Assembly (NCBI GenBank): GCA_046758705.1
Contig: JBHIAT010000011.1
Coordinates: 1 to 38,494 of the forward strand
DNA: 38,494 bases
Source: Candidatus Bipolaricaulia bacterium
GTDB lineage: Bacteria > Bipolaricaulota > Bipolaricaulia > JBHIAT01
Direction: 5' to 3'
Of the stretch, positions 1 to 9,006 are shown piece by piece. Made by a program: the position numbers and the translations under genes. A model generated the notes under the pieces. That model worked only from the letters and a program-made list of their open reading frames with translations. It did no database searches and was not told where the DNA came from. Numbering within the stretch: the stretch's first letter is position 1; every line of letters starts with the position of its first letter.

Positions 1-89
1 ATTTGTGACGTACAATAGTTGGAGGTGGAAAGAGGCGAATCCTCCCGCCCCCTGACCTGAACGGGGCAGGTCTCCTCGCCTGGATTTTT

Positions 90-746
90 ATGAAGGCCAT
101 CAAAGTGATGATGTGGAAAGAAGCACGCTCCGTTCTCCATAACATACCTCTGGTGCTTTTTATTTACGCACTCTTGCTCTCTGGAGTCTATCTCGTCTCC
201 TATTATGGTCAGTCGCTTCTGGGTGACACCGCCCTCATGGTGATGTTCGGTGGCATATTCTTTCTTTCCGAACCAATTTTTTACGGTGAACGACTTAACA
301 AAACGTTTGTACACCTTTTGGCATCACCGATAACGATCAGAGAGCTCTTTTTGGGAAAAGCGTTTACAATTTTCATCATCTCCTATCTGATGGAATGGAT
401 CGTGGTGATCATTTCCGGAAGTATTGCGTGGTTCAATCTGGGAGAGCTTCCCTCGTTATCTCTGGCCTTGATGACCTTAATCATCATCCCGATTTGGGGA
501 TTCGTCCTCATTGAGCTATTTGGTATTGCCTATGCTCTGTTTGGCTCTAATAGTATAGAGATAGGGCTGTTGCTTATAGGACTGGTTTCCGGGATCCTGC
601 TCACTGCAAGAGAGGCCCTTAGAATGGGGGTGCAGCTCTATTTCTGGGTACCCCCGATTGCAGGAATAGGGATAGGGTTGGCATTGCTCCTGGGCTTGCT
701 GGTGGGGAGAATCAGCAAAGAAAGAATGATGAGGGTCCTATCATGA
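90..746 (+). CDS. ABC-2-type permease-like integral membrane protein
   Basis: 218 aa with about six hydrophobic segments. N-terminal 'MMWKEARS' and 'GERLNKTFVHLLASPITIRELFLGK' match the E-R-x-x-x-T-x-x-x-LL-x-x-P...GK pattern of ABC-2 permeases. ATGA overlap with the next gene. Confidence 0.7.
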   Translation: MKAIKVMMWKEARSVLHNIPLVLFIYALLLSGVYLVSYYGQSLLGDTALMVMFGGIFFLSEPIFYGERLNKTFVHLLASPITIRELFLGKAFTIFIISYLMEWIVVIISGSIAWFNLGELPSLSLALMTLIIIPIWGFVLIELFGIAYALFGSNSIEIGLLLIGLVSGILLTAREALRMGVQLYFWVPPIAGIGIGLALLLGLLVGRISKERMMRVLS

Positions 747-2410
747 AGCGGTTCGGTCAGCTCAAATACCTTCACCCCGCGCTTGGGCGGATCAAGGGAA
801 CGCTCGCAGCAATGGCCCTGTTAACGGTGCTGGTGAGCCTTATCGCCTTGGCTCCCCCGTACTACGGCAAGTTGCTGTTCGACCAGGGCGTTGCGGTCGG
901 CGATGTCGGCAGGATCGTGTACTACGGATTGCTCGCGATCGTTTTCTATCTGCTCGCCTCGGTCCTTCAGTTCGCGGCTCAGGCGCTTTTTGCCCTGGCC
1001 AGCAACCGATTCACCGTGAACGTGAAGGATCAAGCGGTGCAACGGCTCCTGAGGATGCCTCTGGAGTTCTTCGACAAACAGCAAAGCGGTTATCTGGTGA
1101 ACCGAGTGAACGAGGTGGATTCCCTGAGCGGGCTTTTTTCACCAACGATCTTTCAGTTCTTTTCAAGCCTCATTCAGTTCGCAGGAGCGGTCGGGATCAT
1201 GGTCGGGATAAACGGCCGGATTACCCTCGTAGCGCTGCTCTTTCTGCCGCTCTTCTACCTCGTCACACGAACGATGAGCCGAAGCCTGAAAGCAACTTCC
1301 CAGAAGCTTATGGAGACTGCTGCACAAATGCGAGGCAATCTACAAGAGGTCGTCTCAGGTGTTTCGGATATCAAACAGTTCACCGCGGAGCGTAGCAAAG
1401 CGCAGGAGATCGCAAAGCAGTTTGCCAACGTCGCCAGCCAACGAGTCAGACAGTCCCTTTCCATGGGGATGGGGATCCAATCGCTTGGGTTTCTCACCAA
1501 CGTTGCCGGCGTACTTGTGTTGATGCTATCCGGCATATACATTGCCAGAGGACAGCTCTCCATGGGCGATTATGTGGCACTGGCTGGATACGCCGGAAAA
1601 TTGTTTGTGCCCGTGCAGCTTTTTGGCAGCTTCTCACTCACGATTCAGCCTGCTCTGGTAGCCCTCGCAAGGTTGAGCACAATATTTGAGGAAAAGAGCG
1701 AACGAGAGCTGTGGGGGGATAGAAAAGAAAAACAGATAAAAGGCGCCATAACCTGCAAAGGTGTGTCTTTTAAGTATGATCGATTGAAAGACGACGTCCT
1801 CAAAAACTGTAGTTTCTCGATTGCCCCCGGCGACTGCGTTACGATTCTTGGGAGAAACGGTTCAGGAAAATCCACACTGGTCAAATTAACCCTGGGCTTT
1901 TATCCGAACTACAGCGGGGAGATTCTCATAGATGGTGTTGAACTTCATCAATACGACGTTGCCTCGCTCAGAAGAAGGGTGGGAATCGTGTCCCAAAACG
2001 TCATTCTCTTCACCGGGAGCCTGGAGGACAATGTCAAGATGGCAGACCCACAGGCATCTAAGGAAGAGGTAGAAAGGGCCCTCACGCTCAGCGGATGTAA
2101 AAATGTGTTCGATGAGGGATTGGATGATATCAAAATCGCTGAATTTGGCAGAAATCTTTCAGGTGGACAAAGACAGGCGGTGGCCATAGCACGGTGTCTG
2201 CTGAAAGACCCAGATGTGTTGATATTCGATGAAGCCACCGCTCACTTAGATGCAAGTGCTTGTGAAGTTGCCATGCATGCTTTCAAGCACGTGTTCGCGG
2301 ACAAGACGAGGATTCTGATAACTCACGATCGGGAGATAGCCAGCTTCGCCGATAGAGTGCTCCTTTTGGAGGATGGTGCTATTAAAGAGACTCTGTGCAC
2401 ATCATCATGA
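743..2410 (+). CDS. ABC exporter, fused transmembrane + ATP-binding domains (no C39 peptidase domain)
   Basis: N-terminal TM domain, Walker A GRNGSGKST, signature LSGGQRQ, Walker B VLIFDEAT, H-loop ITHD. Confidence 0.92.
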   Translation: MKRFGQLKYLHPALGRIKGTLAAMALLTVLVSLIALAPPYYGKLLFDQGVAVGDVGRIVYYGLLAIVFYLLASVLQFAAQALFALASNRFTVNVKDQAVQRLLRMPLEFFDKQQSGYLVNRVNEVDSLSGLFSPTIFQFFSSLIQFAGAVGIMVGINGRITLVALLFLPLFYLVTRTMSRSLKATSQKLMETAAQMRGNLQEVVSGVSDIKQFTAERSKAQEIAKQFANVASQRVRQSLSMGMGIQSLGFLTNVAGVLVLMLSGIYIARGQLSMGDYVALAGYAGKLFVPVQLFGSFSLTIQPALVALARLSTIFEEKSERELWGDRKEKQIKGAITCKGVSFKYDRLKDDVLKNCSFSIAPGDCVTILGRNGSGKSTLVKLTLGFYPNYSGEILIDGVELHQYDVASLRRRVGIVSQNVILFTGSLEDNVKMADPQASKEEVERALTLSGCKNVFDEGLDDIKIAEFGRNLSGGQRQAVAIARCLLKDPDVLIFDEATAHLDASACEVAMHAFKHVFADKTRILITHDREIASFADRVLLLEDGAIKETLCTSS

Positions 2411-2428
2411 CGTTCCGAGAAGAGGATA

Positions 2429-3244
2429 TCACAAACAGTGGATGCAGACCGCCCCGACCGGTTCATACGCCCCGGTTAACAGCGTGCCCGGCGTATCGAT
2501 CGATTCCAGGCCGTCGAGCGCATCGTTCAGGATCCTCTGCTGCCGGGCGGCGTCGCCGGCTCCGCTCAGCGTCCAGCCGCAGCAAGCCTCCACCAGCAGC
2601 CCACGGGGAGGGCTGACCCCTCGGGCAGCCCGTTCCACGAAGTAGATCGCCACCGTGGCGATCCCGGCCCGCTCGATCTCTCGCTGGATGAACCCGATCG
2701 ACTGGTTACACAGGATACAGGCGGGGATCAGGACGGCTGCATCGACCTTGTCTTTGCGGAGTTGGTCGGCCACCTCGTGGGCGTTTTCCCTGAGGGCGTC
2801 GATCTCGGTCACATAGCCCATGAAGCTGTAGTGCCGGGGTGCCACCTCACCGATGACCCCAGCCTCGGCCAGCTCACGCAGCCGCGCCAGCGGGAAGACG
2901 ACGTTGAGGTCCCGATCGATCTGGCTGCGGTCGTACTGAACGTCCGAAAGACGAATTTTGCTAAGATCGGTATCGGCAGGAATGACCCGGTAGCTCGGAT
3001 CACCGCGCAGTCGCTTCATGTCGAACGGCTGTTGATGCTCCGGATACAGGCCGGCGGTGGTGATCAGTGTCACTCGTGCCTGCTTCAGATCCTTTTCCCA
3101 GGGCGTCCACGGGATCGGGCCATCGGTGGCGATGAACGGGAACCGATCGGTCGCCCAGCTGATCAACCTCGGAGCGAATCGCTGGATGCGTCGGCCGACC
3201 TGGATCAGGACCACCTGGAGCCATCGATGCGCGGTGTGCAACAT
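2429..3244 (-). CDS. PrdB/GrdB-family (glycine/sarcosine/betaine/D-proline reductase selenoprotein B-like) protein, cysteine form
   Basis: Motifs PWTP...VTLITTAG, GDPSYRVIP, YD...DLNVVFPL.RL.EL...GVIGEVA..HYSFMG, VDAAVLIPACILC, REIERAGIATV and PPR. Start placed at ATG 3244, which forms a TGATG overlap with the upstream stop; the ORF track starts at 3292. Confidence 0.85.
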   Translation of the reverse strand: MLHTAHRWLQVVLIQVGRRIQRFAPRLISWATDRFPFIATDGPIPWTPWEKDLKQARVTLITTAGLYPEHQQPFDMKRLRGDPSYRVIPADTDLSKIRLSDVQYDRSQIDRDLNVVFPLARLRELAEAGVIGEVAPRHYSFMGYVTEIDALRENAHEVADQLRKDKVDAAVLIPACILCNQSIGFIQREIERAGIATVAIYFVERAARGVSPPRGLLVEACCGWTLSGAGDAARQQRILNDALDGLESIDTPGTLLTGAYEPVGAVCIHCL

Positions 3245-4302
3245 CACCATCGCCCATCGAGGACATGCCGAACGGCTTCTGCAGCTTGCCAAATATCTTC
3301 CCGGCTGACATCAAGGTGGATGACCATCCGGATCCGACCCCGGCCGCCGAACGGGCCGGCCAGCACCCCCCGGTCACGGAGCGCGCTCAAGAACGCGGAG
3401 GCGTCGCACCCGGTCTGCTTCAAGTCGAAGATGACGATATTCGTCTCCACCGGGTCGATCGCCAGGCCGTCGATCTGAGCCAACCGCTCGGCGAGCAACC
3501 GGGCGTTCTCATGGTCTTCGGCGAGCCGCTCTATGTGGTGCTCCAGGGCGTAGAGCCCGGCAGCCGCCAGCACCCCGGCTTGGCGCATCCCACCGCCGAG
3601 CATTTTGCGCACCTTCCGGGCACGCTCGATGAACTCGGCTCCGCCAACGAGCAGCGAGCCGACCGGCGCCCCCAGTCCTTTGGAGATACAGAACATCACC
3701 GAATCGCATCCGACGACCAGCTCGCTCACCGGACGGCCGGTCGCCACTGCCGCGTTGAAGATGCGGGCGCCGTCGAGGTGAACTGGAATTCCCTGCGCTT
3801 TGGCGAACGCGACGAGCGCCTCCCGCTCCGCCTCGGGGTAGATCGCGCCGCTCTTCATGTTGTGGGTGTTCTCGATCGCGATCAGCCCGGCTCGGGACAG
3901 GTAGTAGACCGACGGCCTGAGGGCCTCTTCCACCTGATCGACCGTAACATACCCGCGATCGGTGGGGATCGGCCTGGCAAGCACCCCGGAGAAGGCGGCC
4001 ATCATGGCCAGCTCGGAGTTGTAGATGTGGCAGCTTGCCTCTAAGATGACCTCCTGACCTGGTTCGGTGTGCACATTGACCGCGATCTCATTGGCCATCG
4101 TTCCAGAGGGCACGAACAGCGCCGCCTCCATACCGAACAGCTTGGCAACCCCTTCCTGAAGCTGGTTGACCGTCGGATCTTCGCCGTAGACATCGTCCCC
4201 GACCTCAGCCGCCGCCATCGCCGCCCGCATCCCCTCGGTGGGACGGGTCACCGTATCGCTACGTAGATCGATCATGCTCGATATATCTTCCGAACGCCTC
4301 AA
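3244..4302 (-). CDS. ltaE: low-specificity L-threonine aldolase (PLP-dependent)
   Basis: [47 protein letters not shown]-lysine motif [22 protein letters not shown]. Start is TTG 4302 or ATG 4275. Confidence 0.95.
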   Translation of the reverse strand: MRRSEDISSMIDLRSDTVTRPTEGMRAAMAAAEVGDDVYGEDPTVNQLQEGVAKLFGMEAALFVPSGTMANEIAVNVHTEPGQEVILEASCHIYNSELAMMAAFSGVLARPIPTDRGYVTVDQVEEALRPSVYYLSRAGLIAIENTHNMKSGAIYPEAEREALVAFAKAQGIPVHLDGARIFNAAVATGRPVSELVVGCDSVMFCISKGLGAPVGSLLVGGAEFIERARKVRKMLGGGMRQAGVLAAAGLYALEHHIERLAEDHENARLLAERLAQIDGLAIDPVETNIVIFDLKQTGCDASAFLSALRDRGVLAGPFGGRGRIRMVIHLDVSREDIWQAAEAVRHVLDGRW

Positions 4303-6818
4303 GGCTGAACGATGGATTGGACCGCTTCAACCACGTTCCCAGCCCGGTCCCAGGTCACCACCCCGAGCTCGTGCTCACCGGAGGGGATACTTCCCCCCTC
4401 CAACATGATGAACAGCTCCCCACGATCGGGATCGTAATCGGTGAATAGCGGTTCTCCATCGAGGGTAAGGTGCGAGCGCTGGGGATCGACTCCGCTGCCC
4501 CGCTCCTGGATTTGGGCGAAGTAACGCCATCGATCGGGATGGCGGATATCGATATCGCGACGCAGGCCGATCGAGGTGATCCTCGGAGAACTCCGGTCGT
4601 CGACCAGCGCGTAGCTTGCCAACACCCGCGTCCGGGCGATGATCCGTCCCCCGATGATCTCCGACTCCAGAGGTTCCCAATCCTCCATCACCAGGTTCCA
4701 TCGGTAGATCCCAAGTCCCGTCCCATCCATCCCTTGGGGTATGTCAACGGCGACCCCTAAGGGCCATCTCACCAAAGTTCCGTTCGGCTCCAGCCGGAAG
4801 GCATGGATGACGTTCAGCCCTCGCTGAGACGGAAGATCAACCGCTCGAACGAAGACCATCCCACCCTCATACAGACCGTTCGGATGGATGGTGATCTCCA
4901 CCGAACCGGATCGGAACGTCTTCCCAACCTGAGGGGAGGGCAAGTTAAGGAATCTGATCGCATCCCGGACGACCGCCTCGTTGCCGGCCAGGTCCCGAGC
5001 GATAGTCCGGTAATCGACCCGATTGCGCTCCCTGATCGGAATCCGAACCTCATATCGTCTTATCCCAATCCGTTCCGGCGGCAGCGGTTCCATATCGGGA
5101 CGGAGATGGAACTCCAGGCCTTCCAGAAGCTCGTCCGCGACGATCTGGATCACCACCGCATCGCGGAACAGCTCCACTACCGTGATATCCAGGTTCGGCG
5201 GCGTCTGATCGATCTCGAGCCCTAACGTTGCCTGTTCCTGTCGGGATGCGGAGTCGTAGATGAGGACGGTGTAGGTCCCATCCCTGATCTCGGCGGGTAG
5301 CTCCAGACGTACTTCATTGTAGCCTGCCTCAAACGGACGATTCTCGAAGAACAGTCCCGCTCGGCTTCCCTCGTTGGCCAAGATCGCTGACAGGTTCCGG
5401 TTGCGATCCAGGTAGAACCCAACGGTCAGCGCGTCTCCCGATCTCAGATATCCCCGTGTCAGTTTTGCCGGGACGATCCCGCCATCGGTGAACGGGAAGT
5501 GATAGAACGGACCGCTGTAGGTCCATATTATATCTTCCCCCTCCCGTACCCGAAGGAGAAGTGGGCCGCTCAACCCGGGGGACCAGACCGCATCGCGGCT
5601 GACCGGCCCGGAGAAGATCTCGTGGAAGCTCATCCCACCGTCCGATGAAAATTGGTATTCGAACGCATCGCCGTCACCGGCTGCCTTGAGCAACAGACCG
5701 GCGAAGTAACTCTCTTGGGGGAGCGGGGAAACGATCCTGAATCCGGTCGGCTCCGCACGCTTCATCCGAAACCGCAGGGTGACACGGTTGCCTGCGATGT
5801 CGATCAGTTCGATCTCTATCCGGTGAACGTCCGGGCCCAATCGATCCAGATCGATGATCCCATCCCCCTGGATCCAGTCCACCTGGTTGGCAGGCGCCCA
5901 GAGCCTGTAGTAGAACTGCGTAGGCTCGAGCTGACTCAACAGGATGTCGTAGACGAGACCTACCTCATCCACCTCATCCACCTGGAGCCGATCGAACGCA
6001 ACCTGGTAGCGGACCTGGCCGTCGACCTTCAGGACCAATCCATAGAGGTTCGAGGGGGCGTCGGAGTTGAACAGATCGTATGCTTTGATCTCCAACCCCA
6101 CCCGGCCCCGGCCGGTGATGATCCGGTCGATCTCGTATTCCCCCAGAGCTCGGGGGAACGGCTGGAGCGAGCGGAATTTCGCCGGGACAAACGAGGCACC
6201 GCCAAGGGGCACCAAACGAAGCTCCCCGACGATCGGCGGTTGGGTATCGTGGACCTGATAGAAGTACTTCAGCGGATTGAGCAGCTCATCGTCGCGTCGG
6301 ATCTCCAGGTGCAGGTGAGGAAGTCCACGACCGGACTCCCCGCTGAAGCCGATGACCTTCCCCCGCTCGACGGGGAACTCGTTGGGGAAGAACGAGACAG
6401 AGAAATGATCCCGTTCCTCATGCTCGCGGATCTGCTCGAGCACCTCCCGGAGCCGCCGATCGGCGAATGCACTCAGGTGGGCGTAGATCGAGGTGTTACC
6501 ATCCTCATGTTGCAGATAGATGACATTCCCGTAGCCCTCATCGTTCAGGATGACCTTCGAGATATAGCCCGCTGCGATCGCATAGACCTCATATCCGACC
6601 CTCCCGCCGGTGGACAGATCGAGCCCGCCGTGGAAGTGGTCTTTCCGGTACTCCCCGAACGATCCGGTGATCACCATTGGCAGCGGCAATGGAGGGCCGT
6701 ATGTGGACTCCTCCACCCCCGTCTGCGCGAGCGAGACCGGCGAGATAGACAGGATCAGCAACAGGGCCGATACCCAAACTGGCCATCTATTCCAAATCAT
6801 CGCCGCCGACCTATACAT
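4299..6818 (-). CDS. secreted M23 family metallopeptidase with a long C-terminal beta-rich (Ig-like) region
   Basis: Signal-peptide-like N-terminus, zinc motifs HGGLD (HxxxD) and PHLHLE (HxH), plus GYGN and YAHLS. An alternative start is ATG 6800. Confidence 0.88.
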   Translation of the reverse strand: MYRSAAMIWNRWPVWVSALLLILSISPVSLAQTGVEESTYGPPLPLPMVITGSFGEYRKDHFHGGLDLSTGGRVGYEVYAIAAGYISKVILNDEGYGNVIYLQHEDGNTSIYAHLSAFADRRLREVLEQIREHEERDHFSVSFFPNEFPVERGKVIGFSGESGRGLPHLHLEIRRDDELLNPLKYFYQVHDTQPPIVGELRLVPLGGASFVPAKFRSLQPFPRALGEYEIDRIITGRGRVGLEIKAYDLFNSDAPSNLYGLVLKVDGQVRYQVAFDRLQVDEVDEVGLVYDILLSQLEPTQFYYRLWAPANQVDWIQGDGIIDLDRLGPDVHRIEIELIDIAGNRVTLRFRMKRAEPTGFRIVSPLPQESYFAGLLLKAAGDGDAFEYQFSSDGGMSFHEIFSGPVSRDAVWSPGLSGPLLLRVREGEDIIWTYSGPFYHFPFTDGGIVPAKLTRGYLRSGDALTVGFYLDRNRNLSAILANEGSRAGLFFENRPFEAGYNEVRLELPAEIRDGTYTVLIYDSASRQEQATLGLEIDQTPPNLDITVVELFRDAVVIQIVADELLEGLEFHLRPDMEPLPPERIGIRRYEVRIPIRERNRVDYRTIARDLAGNEAVVRDAIRFLNLPSPQVGKTFRSGSVEITIHPNGLYEGGMVFVRAVDLPSQRGLNVIHAFRLEPNGTLVRWPLGVAVDIPQGMDGTGLGIYRWNLVMEDWEPLESEIIGGRIIARTRVLASYALVDDRSSPRITSIGLRRDIDIRHPDRWRYFAQIQERGSGVDPQRSHLTLDGEPLFTDYDPDRGELFIMLEGGSIPSGEHELGVVTWDRAGNVVEAVQSIVQP

Positions 6819-7138
6819 CTATGACGATCTCCAACTTCAGAATCTCTTCTATGCGATCGATCACGTGATCGGGCTTCGGAATACCGATCTGTTGTGATTC
6901 CCCGTTCAGGACCTCCACGCGAAAGTCGGAGCCGTAGGATGCAGATGCACCATCGCGGACTTCGTGCTCAAGTTCGGTGAAATGGCGCTCGTAATCCGCC
7001 TCGAGTGTCTCGCCAAAGTGCGCGATCAGCGCCCCGTTCGAGAGCGTGTCGCAACGCGTCACGAACGCTCATCCCATACCGACACAATGTGCCATCGAGA
7101 TCGAAGACGATCGCCCGCAGTCGCTGAGTCGTGCGCAA
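6811..7138 (-). pseudogene. HAD-superfamily hydrolase remnant (frameshifted, internally deleted)
   Basis: Motif [11 protein letters not shown] lies in one frame (ORF 6968-7186). IGIPKPD and the C-terminal PDHVIDRIEEIL lie in another (ORF 6811-7062). Total length is only about 109 codons. GGAGG at 7152-7156 precedes TTG 7138. Confidence 0.75.
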
Positions 7139-7189
7139 GGGGTTGCAGCTCCCTCCGGTTATCTGATAAGATCGGTTAGAACCCATAGA

Positions 7190-7219
7190 ATATTAACACA
7201 GCCGCCAGAGACGCGTCAA
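7190..7219 (-). promoter_or_regulatory. candidate sigma70 promoter for the HAD-M23-ltaE-prdB-like operon
   Basis: Minus strand TTGACG (7219-7214), 18-nt spacer, then TAATAT (7195-7190) preceded by TG-n (extended -10). Confidence 0.5.
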
Positions 7220-7261
7220 CATCGATGGGCCGGGTATGGCTGTACCAGAAGGGTAAGCACG

Positions 7262-8122
7262 ATGCCAGATGAAGAGATCGTCCAGATCTACCTGCGTGAT
7301 ATCCGCAACACGCCCCTGCTCTCCAGGGAAGAGGAGATCGCCCTAGCGAAGCGCATAGAACAGGGAGACGCAAACGCCCGGGAGCGATTCATCAAGTCCA
7401 ACCTCAGGTTGGTGGTGAGCATCGCGTCCAAGTACCGCAGCCAGGGGCTCTCCTTCTCGGATCTGATTCAGGAGGGCAACATCGGGCTGATGCGCGCGAT
7501 CGAGAAGTTCGATTGGCGTAAGGGCTACAAGTTCAGCACCTACGCCACCTGGTGGATCCAACAGGGGGTCATCCGGGCGATCGACAACCAATCACGGACG
7601 ATTCGGGTCCCGGCTCAGATGTTCAAGATCGCCCGACAGATCGCTGAGATGGGTCGGAAATATGTACAGGAGTACGGAGAGTCCCCGACACGCGAGGAGA
7701 TTGCGAAACAACTCGAGATCTCGGTCGAGGAAGTGTCCCAGGCCGAGCGCATCTTCCATCTCGTCTCGCTGGATCAGCCCCGCGGGGGTGACGATGAGCG
7801 CGAGATCGGGACATCGCTCAAGGATGAGCGGGCCCAATCCCCGTCTCGGGAAGGGTTCGGTGGGTTGCTCAAGGATGAACTCGCCCAGATCCTCACCACC
7901 GAACTGAACGCCCAGGAGCGCCAGGTTCTGGAACTTCGCTACGGACTAAAGGATGGTCAGGCACACAACCTCGGGGAGGTCGGGAAGATCCTCCGTCTGA
8001 GTCGAGAGCGGGTCCGCCAGATCGAAAGACGGGCCCTGGAGAAGCTAAGGCGATCCGAACGCGGGGAGCGACTGAAAGCGTTCCGCGCGCTGATGGACGA
8101 AAATGAAGAAGGAGGTATCTGA
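7262..8122 (+). CDS. RNA polymerase sigma-70 factor, RpoD/SigA family, lacking region 1.1
   Basis: Region 1.2 [14 protein letters not shown], region 2 NLRLVVSIA / [10 protein letters not shown] / [16 protein letters not shown], region 4 [10 protein letters not shown]. Start placed at ATG 7262 because the longer ORF overlaps the divergent HAD remnant. Confidence 0.92.
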   Translation: MPDEEIVQIYLRDIRNTPLLSREEEIALAKRIEQGDANARERFIKSNLRLVVSIASKYRSQGLSFSDLIQEGNIGLMRAIEKFDWRKGYKFSTYATWWIQQGVIRAIDNQSRTIRVPAQMFKIARQIAEMGRKYVQEYGESPTREEIAKQLEISVEEVSQAERIFHLVSLDQPRGGDDEREIGTSLKDERAQSPSREGFGGLLKDELAQILTTELNAQERQVLELRYGLKDGQAHNLGEVGKILRLSRERVRQIERRALEKLRRSERGERLKAFRALMDENEEGGI

Positions 8123-8123
8123 G

Positions 8124-8411
8124 ATGTTCAGCGGCATCGGTGTCCCAGAGTTGCTCATCATCCTCGCCATCGCCCTGGTCATCTTCGGGGCCAACAAAGT
8201 CCCCAATATCGCCAGATCACTTGGTCGAGGCATCCGTGAGTTCCAGGAAGCCAAGGATGAACTCAACCAGGAGATCCACGCGGCCAAGGAGATCGAGGAG
8301 CTTCCTGCCGAAGGTGAAGACAAAGACGAAGGCGAAGGCGAAACAGGACAGAAGGCGAAGCAGGAACAAGCACAAGGACAGGGACAGGAGCAGAAAGAAG
8401 CAGGGGACTGA
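8124..8411 (+). CDS. tatA: twin-arginine translocase TatA/TatE subunit
   Basis: GIGVPELLIILAIALVIFGANKVPNIARSLGRGIREF followed by an acidic tail. GGAGG at 8111-8115 precedes ATG 8124. Confidence 0.93.
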   Translation: MFSGIGVPELLIILAIALVIFGANKVPNIARSLGRGIREFQEAKDELNQEIHAAKEIEELPAEGEDKDEGEGETGQKAKQEQAQGQGQEQKEAGD

Positions 8412-8430
8412 GGACCGCAGGTCGAAGGAT

Positions 8431-9006
8431 ATGCGGGTCATCGCCGGAAGCAAGAAGGGGCGTAAATTGATCGGTCCGGATCGAGATTCGAGGATCCGAC
8501 CGATGCGGGACATGGTGCGGGCCGCTCTGTTCAACATCCTCAGGGAACTCATCCCCGGGAGTCGGTTTCTGGACCTGTTCGCCGGGACGGGGAGCGTGGG
8601 GATCGAAGCCCTGTCTCGAGGGGCTCAGCACGCTACGTTCGCCGACAGCGCACCCCAGGCCGTCAGGCTGATCCGTAACAACCTCAACCGGTTGGGCCTG
8701 ACGGGGCAGGCTGAACTTTACGAGATGGACGTCCTGCAGGCGATTGCCCGGTTCGACCGTCAGGGGTGCCGCTTCGATCTCATCTTCATCGGCCCTCCTT
8801 ACGGCAGGCGTCTCGCCGGACGGACATTGCATAGACTGACCAGAACGCGGATCCTCGCAGAGGGTGGGGTGGTCACGGCCGAGATCTTCAAGAAGGAACA
8901 CCTGGAGGAACGCTATGGCGATCTGAGACGGTTTGATGAGCGGGTCTACGGCGACAACCAGTTAATCTTTTATGGAAGGGAGGAACAGCAGGAGGTGGAC
9001 GCTTGA
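8431..9006 (+). CDS. rsmD: 16S rRNA (guanine966-N2)-methyltransferase RsmD family
   Basis: MRVIAG..KGRKL, ALFNIL, LDLFAGTGSVGIEALSRGA, xPPY and R.YG motifs. Confidence 0.88.
   Translation: MRVIAGSKKGRKLIGPDRDSRIRPMRDMVRAALFNILRELIPGSRFLDLFAGTGSVGIEALSRGAQHATFADSAPQAVRLIRNNLNRLGLTGQAELYEMDVLQAIARFDRQGCRFDLIFIGPPYGRRLAGRTLHRLTRTRILAEGGVVTAEIFKKEHLEERYGDLRRFDERVYGDNQLIFYGREEQQEVDA

Noticed and set aside
2405..2431. Selenocysteine read-through of the PrdB-like stop (CIHCL-TGA)
   Set aside because: Read-through adds only YPLLGTS before another stop, and no downstream hairpin is evident.
2645..2663. Perfect palindrome GATCGCCAC-C-GTGGCGATC as a relic SECIS for the PrdB-like gene
   Set aside because: The active-site codon is TGT, not TGA. 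The stem lies more than 50 nt downstream, farther than typical bacterial SECIS elements, and GATC-rich palindromes are common here.
5652..6824. Long antisense/shadow ORFs (also 8970-10277, 23295-24389, 29113-30084, 37101-38237)
   Set aside because: They lie opposite well-supported genes, lack recognisable motifs, and are expected from high-GC codon bias.
7046..7261. N-terminal extensions in the ORF track for the sigma factor (likewise rsmD, moxR, lpxD, ftsW, DMT)
   Set aside because: The extensions overlap neighbouring genes or promoters and show no family similarity. Downstream starts fit the RBS or overlap patterns and the family N-termini better.
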